Below are positions 40,121 to 49,164 of a stretch of 64,000 nt of DNA, in pieces. The notes beneath the pieces were generated by a model that was not told where the DNA came from, did no database searches, and saw nothing but the letters and a program-made list of their open reading frames with translations. The number at the start of each line of letters is the position of its first letter. Position 1 is the first letter of the stretch. The position numbers and the translations under genes were made by a program. Source of the DNA: Alphaproteobacteria bacterium (lineage in GTDB: Bacteria; Pseudomonadota; Alphaproteobacteria; RF32; CAG-239); contig JBGUGE010000076.1 of assembly GCA_045111335.1 (NCBI GenBank), positions 21,945-85,944 on the forward strand, read 5' to 3'.

Positions 40121-40601
40121 GTGGTTTATCCTTTGCACTCAAGGTTGAAATATCTTTTCTGCTGATTTTTTCAAAGCCCAATTTTTGCACGATTTCATAG
40201 GCCAAATCCGCGGCAATTGCCTCAATTTGTTGCATGGTATCTTTCTTTTCTTTGGCTAAGGTAAATTCATTATCGGCGATTTTTTTATTCAGTTTCCGCG
40301 ATAAATTCGTTTCCGCCTCTTGCAAATACCGATTTAATTCATCTCTGCCTTTTTGCATTTCCGCCTGCGACGTTTGCTCGGCCTCGGTTAAAACCGCATG
40401 ATATTTATCAAGCGATTCCTTAGCTCGTTGATTGAGTGTATCGGCTTTTTGGATATACTCGTCGATTTTGCGTTTGCGTTGCTCAATCACGTCGGCGATT
40501 TTCGGAATTACAAACGTCGAGAGCAATGCCCACAAACAACAAAAGCATACGAGCAACCAAAAAATTTGCGAAACGTATGATGACGGATCTAATTGCGGCA
40601 T
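40113..40601 (-). CDS. atpG: F0F1 ATP synthase subunit b'
   Basis: N-terminal MPQLD...FWLLVCF TM helix plus a coiled coil. Alphaproteobacterial b/b' gene pair. Confidence 0.75.
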   Translation of the reverse strand: MPQLDPSSYVSQIFWLLVCFCCLWALLSTFVIPKIADVIEQRKRKIDEYIQKADTLNQRAKESLDKYHAVLTEAEQTSQAEMQKGRDELNRYLQEAETNLSRKLNKKIADNEFTLAKEKKDTMQQIEAIAADLAYEIVQKLGFEKISRKDISTLSAKDKPHE

Positions 40602-40622
40602 GATATATCCTTTAAACTGCTA

Positions 40623-40859
40623 TTACAGAATCATCAACAGCGCAATAACCAAAATATACAAAGCGATGGACTCGATGGTACCCATACCGAGGAAACCGAA
40701 CACCGTAACGTCTTTCTTTACTTGCGGATTGCGACCGACCGTCTCAATCAAAGATGTCCAAAGTTTGGTCAAACCCCAAGCGGCAACACTCATGCCCAGT
40801 GCGCAGATACCGGCGGCGATGAATGCCAAAGATTTGTCTTGTAAAATTTCGTTTTCCAT
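40623..40859 (-). CDS. atpE: F0F1 ATP synthase subunit c
   Basis: 78-aa two-helix proteolipid with an RNP loop (GRNPQ) and the conserved carboxylate context (GTIESIALY). Confidence 0.9.
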   Translation of the reverse strand: MENEILQDKSLAFIAAGICALGMSVAAWGLTKLWTSLIETVGRNPQVKKDVTVFGFLGMGTIESIALYILVIALLMIL

Positions 40860-40892
40860 TTTTTTATCCTTTCTTTAGAGTTAAGTTAGTTT

Positions 40893-41618
40893 TTATTCTT
40901 CGTTGCTGATTGCCTGACTTAAATACACACAGCTTAAAATCGTATATATATAAGCCTGCAATAAAGCGATAAACATTTCAAACATTATGATACACATATC
41001 CGCAATTAACGGAATAAACCCGAACAACTGCATGGCAATGATAAATGTACCTAAAACTTTCAACATAATGTGGCCGACCGACATATTAATCGCCAAACGG
41101 AGGGTGAGGCTGAACGGTTTGGCCAGCAATGATAACGTTTCCACCGGAATAATCATCGGTGCCATAAAAATCGGCAACCCTTCCGGACAGAAAGTATGAA
41201 AATAAGAAAGCCCTCGATGCTTAATGCCCAAAATAATGTTCAGCACAAAGCAAAACATTGAGAGGGTACCGACGGCGGCAATATGCGAAGTAAACGTAAA
41301 GCTGTATGGGAACAAGCCGAGTAAATTACCGAACGCTACAAACACAAACAGCGTAAATACGAAGGCCACAAACTTAAAGCCTTCTTTGCCTAATGTTTCG
41401 CCGATAATATTTTGCACAAAATCATAAATAGCTTCCGAGAATGCCTGCCCCATCGTCGGTACAATACCGCGTTTTCTCAGGCACAGAGACAAACCGAGAA
41501 ACACTACTAAAACCGTAATAACCATACACAAAGAAGAGTTGGTAAAAGATATATCAACCCCGTTAATATCAAGCGGGAATATCTTTTTAATTTCAAATTG
41601 TTCCAAAGGATTTTCCAT
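40893..41618 (-). CDS. atpB: F0F1 ATP synthase subunit a
   Basis: 241 aa and polytopic, with the conserved LTLRLAINMSVGH arginine motif. Confidence 0.9.
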   Translation of the reverse strand: MENPLEQFEIKKIFPLDINGVDISFTNSSLCMVITVLVVFLGLSLCLRKRGIVPTMGQAFSEAIYDFVQNIIGETLGKEGFKFVAFVFTLFVFVAFGNLLGLFPYSFTFTSHIAAVGTLSMFCFVLNIILGIKHRGLSYFHTFCPEGLPIFMAPMIIPVETLSLLAKPFSLTLRLAINMSVGHIMLKVLGTFIIAMQLFGFIPLIADMCIIMFEMFIALLQAYIYTILSCVYLSQAISNEE

Positions 41619-41623
41619 CCCAA

Positions 41624-41929
41624 CTACTCCTTGTCCATATCTTTATCAATCTGTTGCGCGGCCCGATACAGGTTTAAGGTCCCGGCGGCTACACCGAACA
41701 CTGCCAAAATCAACATAATAACCGGCTTGGTGTTGAAAAAACCATCGGCAACATAGCCGATACACAAACCGACAATAACCGGCGAGGCAAATTCGGTGGC
41801 CATGCGGAAGGCATATTCGCAAAAGACACGCAACCTTGAGCGGTTACGACTTTTCGGTGTTGCCGCTTTATTTTGCATCTCTCGGATTCGTAAATCCAAC
41901 TCCCGAATATCTGACGGCAGTTTTTTCAT
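41624..41929 (-). CDS. atpI: ATP synthase protein I-like (AtpI/AtpZ)
   Basis: 101-aa two-TM protein directly upstream of atpB. Confidence 0.6.
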   Translation of the reverse strand: MKKLPSDIRELDLRIREMQNKAATPKSRNRSRLRVFCEYAFRMATEFASPVIVGLCIGYVADGFFNTKPVIMLILAVFGVAAGTLNLYRAAQQIDKDMDKE

Positions 41930-41939
41930 TTTATATCTC

Positions 41940-42698
41940 TCAGTGTTTTACCCGTGCCAAACGGCTGTCCAGATATTCTTTGAAGGCCGAATAGGTTACC
42001 ACGCCGTAGATGATTTCATTGCCGTCGGCACCGCTGATCAAAAATGCCGGAGTTCCCTGAATTTTCAGACCGGTAAGGGCTTCTTGGCGGGTTGCGATAA
42101 TTTCCTGTGCCACATTTTTATTATTGAGGCATGCTTCCGCTTCATCATGATACAAACCGTAATCCGCAGCATAGCGGAACAGAATATTGTTATTGCTTTC
42201 AAACCACCACGAACGCTGATTCTCAAACATTGTATTGATAAAACCGGCGTAATTCTGATAAGTCATACATTCCGAAAGCATTGCTGCTTTCATCGAATTT
42301 TTATCCAACGGAAAGTTCACAAACACCACTCGCAACAAACCTGTGTCAACATATTCTTTTTCAATCATCGGCATGGTGTCTAAGTGAAAATCGGCACAAT
42401 GCGGACATGTCAGTGAGGAATATTCAAACATAGTCAGCGGCGCATTAGCCGAACCGTGCGCAAATTTCTGCGAGGCGTTGATGGCTATGTTTTTAGGTAA
42501 AACGGTGGCGATACCGTTATATTCGGCGGCATCGGCAACTTGTTCTCTTAAGTAAATTCGGCCGTTTTCATACACAAATCCTTTATAATTAAAATAAAGC
42601 ATGGCAGAAAAGCAGAACATAACAACTAATGAAAGGGCGTTGCTGATTTTTTTGATTATTTCATCCACAATATCACTCCTGACGGTTATTTTTCTCAT
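41940..42698 (-). CDS. DsbA-family thiol:disulfide oxidoreductase, membrane anchored (start ATG 42698 preferred over 42749)
   Basis: CPHC active site (SSLTCPHCADFH) with an N-terminal anchor. Confidence 0.7.
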   Translation of the reverse strand: MRKITVRSDIVDEIIKKISNALSLVVMFCFSAMLYFNYKGFVYENGRIYLREQVADAAEYNGIATVLPKNIAINASQKFAHGSANAPLTMFEYSSLTCPHCADFHLDTMPMIEKEYVDTGLLRVVFVNFPLDKNSMKAAMLSECMTYQNYAGFINTMFENQRSWWFESNNNILFRYAADYGLYHDEAEACLNNKNVAQEIIATRQEALTGLKIQGTPAFLISGADGNEIIYGVVTYSAFKEYLDSRLARVKH

Positions 42699-43200
42699 AC
42701 ACGGCACGACACAATCTTTCAAGGGTTTCTCGAATATCGTCGCGTTCAATATCTTTAACTAATTCCGTAATATATGATTCTTCATCGGCAGATACAACAG
42801 TTTTTTTAACTTTATCAATCGGTTTTTTCCTGATTAAAAAGTCTTCGGGTGTACCGTTTTGCAAAATTTTGATTTTGGATACGGCCGGATAGCCGAAAAA
42901 AGTATTAATTTGCGGTATAATCTGATTTTCTCGTTGCTTGATTTCCATAGCAAACGCACCGGCCGGAACCATAATCGTCAGGCACCCGTCGGAGTGTCGG
43001 TCTTTCGGAAAAGTCAGTTTTTGCGGCAGGCTGTATTGCGATAGTTCCTTGCCGACAATAATTTCCCACGAGTTAAGCAACTCAAGTTGGGTAAAACCGT
43101 TCACCCCCAAAATCTGACGGGTAAGAGGCAAGGCTGTCTGCGCAATACTGGTAAGATCTTTTAAGGTATGTTCTTTGTTAATTTTTACGGTTCGAGCCAT
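42673..43200 (-). CDS. DUF721/DciA-like protein
   Basis: From memory, the pattern W..IVG..L...S.P..L......L.I.V......E is typical of DUF721. The gene sits directly downstream of xerD. Confidence 0.5.
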   Translation of the reverse strand: MARTVKINKEHTLKDLTSIAQTALPLTRQILGVNGFTQLELLNSWEIIVGKELSQYSLPQKLTFPKDRHSDGCLTIMVPAGAFAMEIKQRENQIIPQINTFFGYPAVSKIKILQNGTPEDFLIRKKPIDKVKKTVVSADEESYITELVKDIERDDIRETLERLCRAVYEKNNRQE

Positions 43201-43201
43201 T

Positions 43202-44119
43202 TCAATCCTCCGCGTTGTCTTTATAATTCATCAGAGGATGCTTTTGGCAGACGGTATTAAAAAGCTTTTGCGATGTAATATGGGTATAAATTTCTGTGGT
43301 GGTAATATTTTCGTGACCGAGCATCTTTTGTACCGAGCGCAAGTCAGCGTCATTGTTCAGAAGATGGGTGGCAAACGAATGGCGCAAAACATGCGGTGAA
43401 ATCCGCGAAGGATAAATTCCGCACTCGGCAGCTAACTTTTTTAAATCTTTATAAAAAGCATCGCGGGTTAAATGTCCGTCGGTTGCCGTCAGCGATGGAA
43501 AAAGATAGTTCGACGGAGAATTTTTCTGGGTAAATTCCGAGCGCAACGTTTCGTATTTTTGCAGCGTTTTAAGCGCTCGAGCCGCCGTCGGCACAATTCG
43601 CTCCTTGCTACCCTTGCCGAAAATGGTGACCTGCCCCTTGGCAAAATTAATCGCCGTAATCGGCAAAGTTACCAATTCCGAAACCCGCATACCGGTTGCA
43701 TACATCAGCTCAATCATTACGGCAATTCGCTGGATTCGATAATCTTCGCTGGCCGCGGCAGTTTGAATCAGTTGCTCGATTTCGTCTGCAGACAGATATT
43801 TCGGAAGAGTTTTTTCCTGCTTAGGGGTTAAAATATTTTGCGCCGGATTATCGGAAATCACTTTTTCCGAATACAGAAATTTGCAAAATTCTTTAACTGC
43901 GGAAAGCTTGCGGGCAATGGTTTTCGGAGCAAATTGCCGCGAGTGTAAATCTTGTAAAAAAGCCTCGATTGACGATTTGGTTAAGTCGGTGTCATTTTGA
44001 AAATTTCCAAACTCGAGAAATTGCCGTAAATCGCGTTCGTAAGCGGCTATGGAATTTTGTGCGGCGCCTTTTTCCGCCGCCATCATCTGTAAGAAATTAT
44101 CGACTTCTCGCCCGAGCAT
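43202..44119 (-). CDS. xerD: site-specific tyrosine recombinase XerD
   Basis: SAM-like N-domain (SIAAYERDLRQF). Catalytic motifs: ATGMRVSEL, HVLRHSFATHLL, LGHENITTTEIYTH. Confidence 0.85.
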   Translation of the reverse strand: MLGREVDNFLQMMAAEKGAAQNSIAAYERDLRQFLEFGNFQNDTDLTKSSIEAFLQDLHSRQFAPKTIARKLSAVKEFCKFLYSEKVISDNPAQNILTPKQEKTLPKYLSADEIEQLIQTAAASEDYRIQRIAVMIELMYATGMRVSELVTLPITAINFAKGQVTIFGKGSKERIVPTAARALKTLQKYETLRSEFTQKNSPSNYLFPSLTATDGHLTRDAFYKDLKKLAAECGIYPSRISPHVLRHSFATHLLNNDADLRSVQKMLGHENITTTEIYTHITSQKLFNTVCQKHPLMNYKDNAED

Positions 44120-44122
44120 TTT

Positions 44123-44278
44123 TTATTTTTCGAGTTTAACTTCAATATCCTGCGAAACGTGTTCTGCCGATACGTCAATATCCTGTACGACAATCGCACC
44201 GATACCCAAAATAATAATCAACGCTACGGCATAGATAATGATTTTTGAGTTGTTTTGTTTGGTATAATAGCTTTTCAT
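44123..44278 (-). CDS. hypothetical small single-TM protein (51 aa from ATG 44278)
   Basis: One hydrophobic helix (IIIYAVALIIILGIGAIVV). The stop lies 3 nt before the xerD start. Confidence 0.35.
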   Translation of the reverse strand: MKSYYTKQNNSKIIIYAVALIIILGIGAIVVQDIDVSAEHVSQDIEVKLEK

Positions 44279-44371
44279 CTGATTTTTTCCTATAAGTGTT
44301 AAAAAATATTGATTATATATTAACAAGGTTATATGCTGAGGTCAATAGTTAAGAATACAAAAGAAAAGAAA

Positions 44372-44986
44372 ATGCCTAAAATAAACAAAATAATATTATT
44401 GGTCGGGTTGATGGGAAGCGGAAAAACGAGTGTCGGCAAGCGTTTGGCGCGGCGGCTTTCGTTGCCGTTTGTCGACGGCGATCAGGAAATTGAAAAAGCG
44501 GCCGGACTTTCTCTGGTGGACGTGCTTAAATGCTTTGGCGAAAAGGAATATCGTGCCGGTGAAGAACGTGTGATGAAGCGCTTATTGCAAGGCTCTCCGT
44601 GTGTGCTTGCTTCCGGTGGCGGCTCGTTTGTGGCGCAAACCACGCGACAACTTGCCAAAGAACACGCTCTAACCATTTGGCTGAAGGCGGATATCGATAC
44701 ACTGTACTATCGCACTGCCGGCCGCACTCGGCGTCCGTTTTTGCTCGGGGATAACGAAACCGTGAAAAACAAACTGCAAGAATATATCACTGAAGAATAT
44801 CCGTATTATTCCGAAGCCGATATTGTGGTGGAAACGCGCAACGAGCGGGTGGAAAATACCGTGCGTCACGTTATTGCCGCCATCAATAATTTTTACAAAC
44901 ACACCAAAAATCAGAGGAAAAATGATGCGTCCGAACAATCGTACGGCCGAACAAATGCGGCCGCTGGAAATAATTCCGAATGTTAA
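44372..44986 (+). CDS. aroK: shikimate kinase
   Basis: P-loop LVGLMGSGKTSVGKRLA, a DGD motif, and ASGGG. The 3' end overlaps rph by 65 nt. Confidence 0.8.
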   Translation: MPKINKIILLVGLMGSGKTSVGKRLARRLSLPFVDGDQEIEKAAGLSLVDVLKCFGEKEYRAGEERVMKRLLQGSPCVLASGGGSFVAQTTRQLAKEHALTIWLKADIDTLYYRTAGRTRRPFLLGDNETVKNKLQEYITEEYPYYSEADIVVETRNERVENTVRHVIAAINNFYKHTKNQRKNDASEQSYGRTNAAAGNNSEC

Positions 44987-45635
44987 TATTTATGCCGAGG
45001 GCTCGTGTCTGATTAAAGTCGGTAACACCCATGTTTTGTGTACGGCAACGATTGATAAAAACGTTCCGGCGTGGCTCAAGGGGCAAAATCGCGGCTGGAT
45101 AACGGCCGAATACGCACTCTTGCCTCGCGCTACTCAAACCCGAGTACAGCGTGAAACCAAGGGCGTCGGCGGCAGAACTCATGAAATTCAACGTCTTATC
45201 GGGCGCTCGCTCCGCGCCGTGACGGACCTGTCGGCCATGTCGGAAATATGTGTGCAAATTGATTGTGATGTGTTGCAGGCTGACGGCGGCACGAGAACTG
45301 CGTCAATTTCCGGCGCATTTGTGGCTTTATATTTAGCCTTGCGTAAAATGGTGCAAGAAGGAGAGTTGCCACGTAACCCGATTCGCGAATACGCGGCGGC
45401 CGTTTCCTGCGGAATTTATGACGGTGAACCGATTCTTGATTTGGAATACGCGGAGGATTCTCACGCCGACGCCGATACCAATTTTGTGCTGACCGAAAGC
45501 GGAAGAATTATTGAAATTCAGGCAACGGCCGAGGGCTCAACCTTTAGCGAAAGCGAGTATAACGAGTTGCTTCGTTTGGCAAAGTCAGGCATTCATCAGA
45601 TTATTTGCGCACAGAAAAAAGTTTTGGGAGAATAA
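44922..45635 (+). CDS. rph: ribonuclease PH
   Basis: Full-length RNase PH (GSCLIKVGNTHVLC...TAEYALLPRAT...DCDVLQADGGTRTASI). ATG 44922 has a GAGGA SD. Confidence 0.9.
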   Translation: MMRPNNRTAEQMRPLEIIPNVNIYAEGSCLIKVGNTHVLCTATIDKNVPAWLKGQNRGWITAEYALLPRATQTRVQRETKGVGGRTHEIQRLIGRSLRAVTDLSAMSEICVQIDCDVLQADGGTRTASISGAFVALYLALRKMVQEGELPRNPIREYAAAVSCGIYDGEPILDLEYAEDSHADADTNFVLTESGRIIEIQATAEGSTFSESEYNELLRLAKSGIHQIICAQKKVLGE

Positions 45636-45636
45636 A

Positions 45637-46230
45637 ATGAAAATAACCGAAATTCTGTTTGCCAGTCACAATGCCGGCAAAATCAAGGAAATTCGCCAGA
45701 TGCTTGAACCGTTGGGTATTACGGTAAAGTCGGCGGCGGATATGGATTTGCCCGATGTTGAAGAAACCGGCACTACCTTTGCCGAAAATTCACTGTTAAA
45801 ATCGCGAACCATCGCGCAGGCCACAGGGATTCCGTGTATTGCCGACGATTCGGGATTGTGCGTCGATGCACTCGACGGAGCACCGGGAGTATATTCGGCA
45901 CGTTATGCTCCGAATCGCGACTTTGATAAAGGAATGGATAAGTTGCTTGCCGCCATGGCTCAAAGCGGTAATCCGAGTCGTAAAGCGCACTTTTCCTGTG
46001 TGGTGTCTTTGGCCTATCCGAACGGCGAATATAAGCTTTTTGAAGGCCGTGTTGACGGTACGATAGCGCCGAATAAAATGTCCGGAGCAGAAGGTTTCGG
46101 CTATGATCCTGTGTTTATTCCCGACGGTTATGATATAAGTTTTGCCCAAATGGCAAAGGCCGAAAAAAATAAAATATCGCACCGCGGGCGCGCCATGCAA
46201 AAGTTTAAGGAATATCTGATATCTTTGTGA
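45637..46230 (+). CDS. rdgB: dITP/XTP pyrophosphatase RdgB (HAM1 family)
   Basis: ASHNAGKIKE, ETGTTFAENS, DDSGLCVDALDGAPGVYSARY, GFGYDPVF, and a KNKISHRG C-terminus. Confidence 0.9.
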   Translation: MKITEILFASHNAGKIKEIRQMLEPLGITVKSAADMDLPDVEETGTTFAENSLLKSRTIAQATGIPCIADDSGLCVDALDGAPGVYSARYAPNRDFDKGMDKLLAAMAQSGNPSRKAHFSCVVSLAYPNGEYKLFEGRVDGTIAPNKMSGAEGFGYDPVFIPDGYDISFAQMAKAEKNKISHRGRAMQKFKEYLISL

Positions 46231-46240
46231 GGACTTTGAG

Positions 46241-49162
46241 ATGTCGCAGAAAATTTTTAACATCAGCGCCGGTCAAAAGTTTGTTGATGTTTTGGCCGAG
46301 CGTTATTTAAAAGAATATGAAAACAATCCCGAGGGGTTGTCGCAGGTTTTGTTTTTGCTGCCGAATTTGCGAGCCTGCCAGAGTTTAGCTGATGCGTTTG
46401 TGCGTCAACGGGGGCTGACTCCGACGATTTTACCGCAGATGAAACCGATTGCCGAAGCAGATGAAAATGAGGTCTTCCTGACGCAGAATCCCGATATTTT
46501 GGAAAACATCAAATCGGCAATTGACCCTACGGACAGAGCCTTGCAGTTTACCAAGCTTATTTTGAAAAAAGCTGAATTGGGCTTGGATAAAATGTCGCTG
46601 GCACAGGCTTATACTTTGGCCCAAAACCTCGCGGAGCTTATGGATACGGCTTATAATGAGGAGTGCACTTTTGATGAAATTGCCGATTTTGTTGATGCGG
46701 AATATGCAACTCATTGGCAGCAAACCGTCAAACTGTTGCAGATTATTACCGAAAACTGGCCGGCAATTTTGGCGGAAAAAGGGTTGATTAATGCGGTTGA
46801 ACGGCGCGATTTGCTGTTGCGGGCACAATTTGAATTTTGGGAAAAATCGCAAACCGCACAGAGAATTGTCGTGGCCGGTACCACAGCGGCATTTCCGGTT
46901 TTAAAACAACTGGTAAAGACTGTTTTGAATTTGCCTAACGGTGAGGTTTATCTGTACGGATTGGATAAATATTTATCCGATTCGGACTGGGAAAAAATCG
47001 ATGAAAATCATCCGCAGTTTGAGCTGAAAGAACTTTTAGAAAGTCTGCAGATTACGCGCGATTCGGTCAAAAATATCGGTGAGAAAAATTTCTCTTCGCG
47101 TGAAAAAATCGTGGCGGAAATGATGCGTCCGGCAGAAACGTCCGAGGCCTGGCGCGACTTGAGAGAGCACCCGATGTCTGAGGCAGATTTCTCGGATATT
47201 AAATTTGTAAGTTGCGACGATATGCGGCAGGAGGCACAGGCAATTGCGCTGATTATCAGGCATACGCTGAACACGCCCGAAAAGACTGCGGCATTGGTAA
47301 CAATGGACCGCAATTTGTCGCGTCGCGTTGTCTCGGAGTTGCAAAAATGGAATATTGCCGCGGATGATTCGGCCGGAAAGCCTTTGAGCCTGTCGCCGAT
47401 AGGGATTTATTTGCAACTGATTTGTGAGTACGCAAGCGAGCGCACCGATACGGCGATGATTGCGTTGATGAAGCATCCGTTTACGGCTTGCGGTTTGAAT
47501 ATTCGGGCATTTCATCAAAACCTGCGGGCTCTGGAATTTGCCTTGCGAAAAGATGAACCTTTTGATGCCGACACGCAGAAATTTTATGATGATTTTTGCC
47601 GCCGCATTCAGCCGATTCTTGATTTGTACGAGCAACCGGCCGCGGATTTATCGACAATTTTCAAAACGCATATAGAGGTGGCCGAAAGTTTGGCGGATAC
47701 CGATATAAAAACCGGTGCCCAAATTATTTGGAAAAACGATGCGGGCAACGTTGCCGCCAAATGGGTCGGCGATTTTATCACACGCTGCGATACATTCGGC
47801 ACCGTCAAAATCGGTGATTATGAAGCATTTTTAATGATTTTACTGTCTGAACAAAGCGTTCGTGCTCGTTACGGTACGCACCCGCGGGTTAAAATTTTAG
47901 GACCGATTGAGGCCAGACTCACTCATTACGACGTTATGATTATAGGCGGTGCCAATGAGGGAACGTGGCCGAAAATACCGGAAGCGGATATGTGGATGTC
48001 GCGGCCGATGAAGGAAAAATTCGGGTTGCCGCAACCGGAGCGGCAAATAGGGGTGGCTGCCGCGGATTTTGCACATTTAATGAACGCTCCTAAGGTGTAT
48101 ATCACCCGCGCCAAAAAAGTCGGGAAAGACCCTACCAACAAGTCGCGGTGGTGGCTGCGGTTGGAAACGGTTTTGGCGGCAAATTTCGGTACGCAGGACA
48201 AAGATGAAACTAAAAAAGCTTATGCGTTTATGTATCAACAGCCGTATGCCTATTGGGCCAAAAACTTGGATCGAGCTGACAAATATCAACCGATTTCGGC
48301 ACCGCGGCCGTGTCCTAAAGTAAATCGTCGACCGAAAAAAATGTCGGCCACCAATATTGAGCGGTGGATGCGCAATCCGTACGATATTTATGCCAAATAC
48401 GTTTTGAAACTGTATCCTTTGGATGAACTCGATGTTGAGCAAAAACCGTATAATTTCGGCAATATTGTGCATGATTTATTAAAAGAATTTAATAACAAAT
48501 ATGACGGTGATTTTTATCCCAAACCGGAAGAAGCTCGCAAAATTCTGCTTGAGCGCGGTCGGGAAATGTTTGCGGCCGCGGAGGTTTCGCCGGATGTTAT
48601 GGCCTTTTGGTGGCCGAAGTTTGTAAAGCAGATTGAATGGGTAATCTCGCAGGAAACGGAAATTCGAACCGATGTCAAACACTTGTATAACGAGCGGGAT
48701 GGTGAAATTTTTCTGCCTAATCCGGCCGGCGGTATGTTCAGAGTTTTTGCAACGGCCGATCGAATTGAAGAATTAAAGGACGGCACGCTGAATATTGCGG
48801 ATTATAAAACCGGCAACGACAGCCGTAAACCTACGGAAATTAAGGCGTGTAAGGCACCGCAACTTCCGGTGGAAGGTATGATTGCGGCTCGGGGCGGTTT
48901 CAAAGATGTGGCGGCGGCACCGGTTTCAAAATTGCAGTATTGGGCGCTGAAAGAAGAAAAAACAAAGGAAATTGCCGGCGCCGATTGTGTCGCAACTTTG
49001 GATAAAATGGAACAAATCGTGAAAAATCTGATTGACGAATATGCAAATCCCGAGCGGCCGTATTTGGTAAAACCGCGCCCGGCCGATATTGATAATAATT
49101 CGGATTACGACCATTTGGCGCGCTTACAGGAATGGTGTGTTCACGCCGATAAGGAGAATTGA
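46241..49162 (+). CDS. addB: double-strand break repair protein AddB (alphaproteobacterial type)
   Basis: 973 aa immediately upstream of, and overlapping, addA. C-terminal PD-(D/E)xK-type motif (ADRIEEL...LNIADYKTG). Confidence 0.8.
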   Translation: MSQKIFNISAGQKFVDVLAERYLKEYENNPEGLSQVLFLLPNLRACQSLADAFVRQRGLTPTILPQMKPIAEADENEVFLTQNPDILENIKSAIDPTDRALQFTKLILKKAELGLDKMSLAQAYTLAQNLAELMDTAYNEECTFDEIADFVDAEYATHWQQTVKLLQIITENWPAILAEKGLINAVERRDLLLRAQFEFWEKSQTAQRIVVAGTTAAFPVLKQLVKTVLNLPNGEVYLYGLDKYLSDSDWEKIDENHPQFELKELLESLQITRDSVKNIGEKNFSSREKIVAEMMRPAETSEAWRDLREHPMSEADFSDIKFVSCDDMRQEAQAIALIIRHTLNTPEKTAALVTMDRNLSRRVVSELQKWNIAADDSAGKPLSLSPIGIYLQLICEYASERTDTAMIALMKHPFTACGLNIRAFHQNLRALEFALRKDEPFDADTQKFYDDFCRRIQPILDLYEQPAADLSTIFKTHIEVAESLADTDIKTGAQIIWKNDAGNVAAKWVGDFITRCDTFGTVKIGDYEAFLMILLSEQSVRARYGTHPRVKILGPIEARLTHYDVMIIGGANEGTWPKIPEADMWMSRPMKEKFGLPQPERQIGVAAADFAHLMNAPKVYITRAKKVGKDPTNKSRWWLRLETVLAANFGTQDKDETKKAYAFMYQQPYAYWAKNLDRADKYQPISAPRPCPKVNRRPKKMSATNIERWMRNPYDIYAKYVLKLYPLDELDVEQKPYNFGNIVHDLLKEFNNKYDGDFYPKPEEARKILLERGREMFAAAEVSPDVMAFWWPKFVKQIEWVISQETEIRTDVKHLYNERDGEIFLPNPAGGMFRVFATADRIEELKDGTLNIADYKTGNDSRKPTEIKACKAPQLPVEGMIAARGGFKDVAAAPVSKLQYWALKEEKTKEIAGADCVATLDKMEQIVKNLIDEYANPERPYLVKPRPADIDNNSDYDHLARLQEWCVHADKEN

Positions 49163-49164
49163 AA

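Noticed and set aside
43202-44119. Tyrosine recombinase as a marker of a prophage or integrative element.
   Set aside because: The sequence and motifs fit chromosomal XerD. It sits in a tight housekeeping chain (small TM protein, xerD, DUF721, dsbA-like, atp operon). There is no adjacent tRNA, phage gene or repeat.
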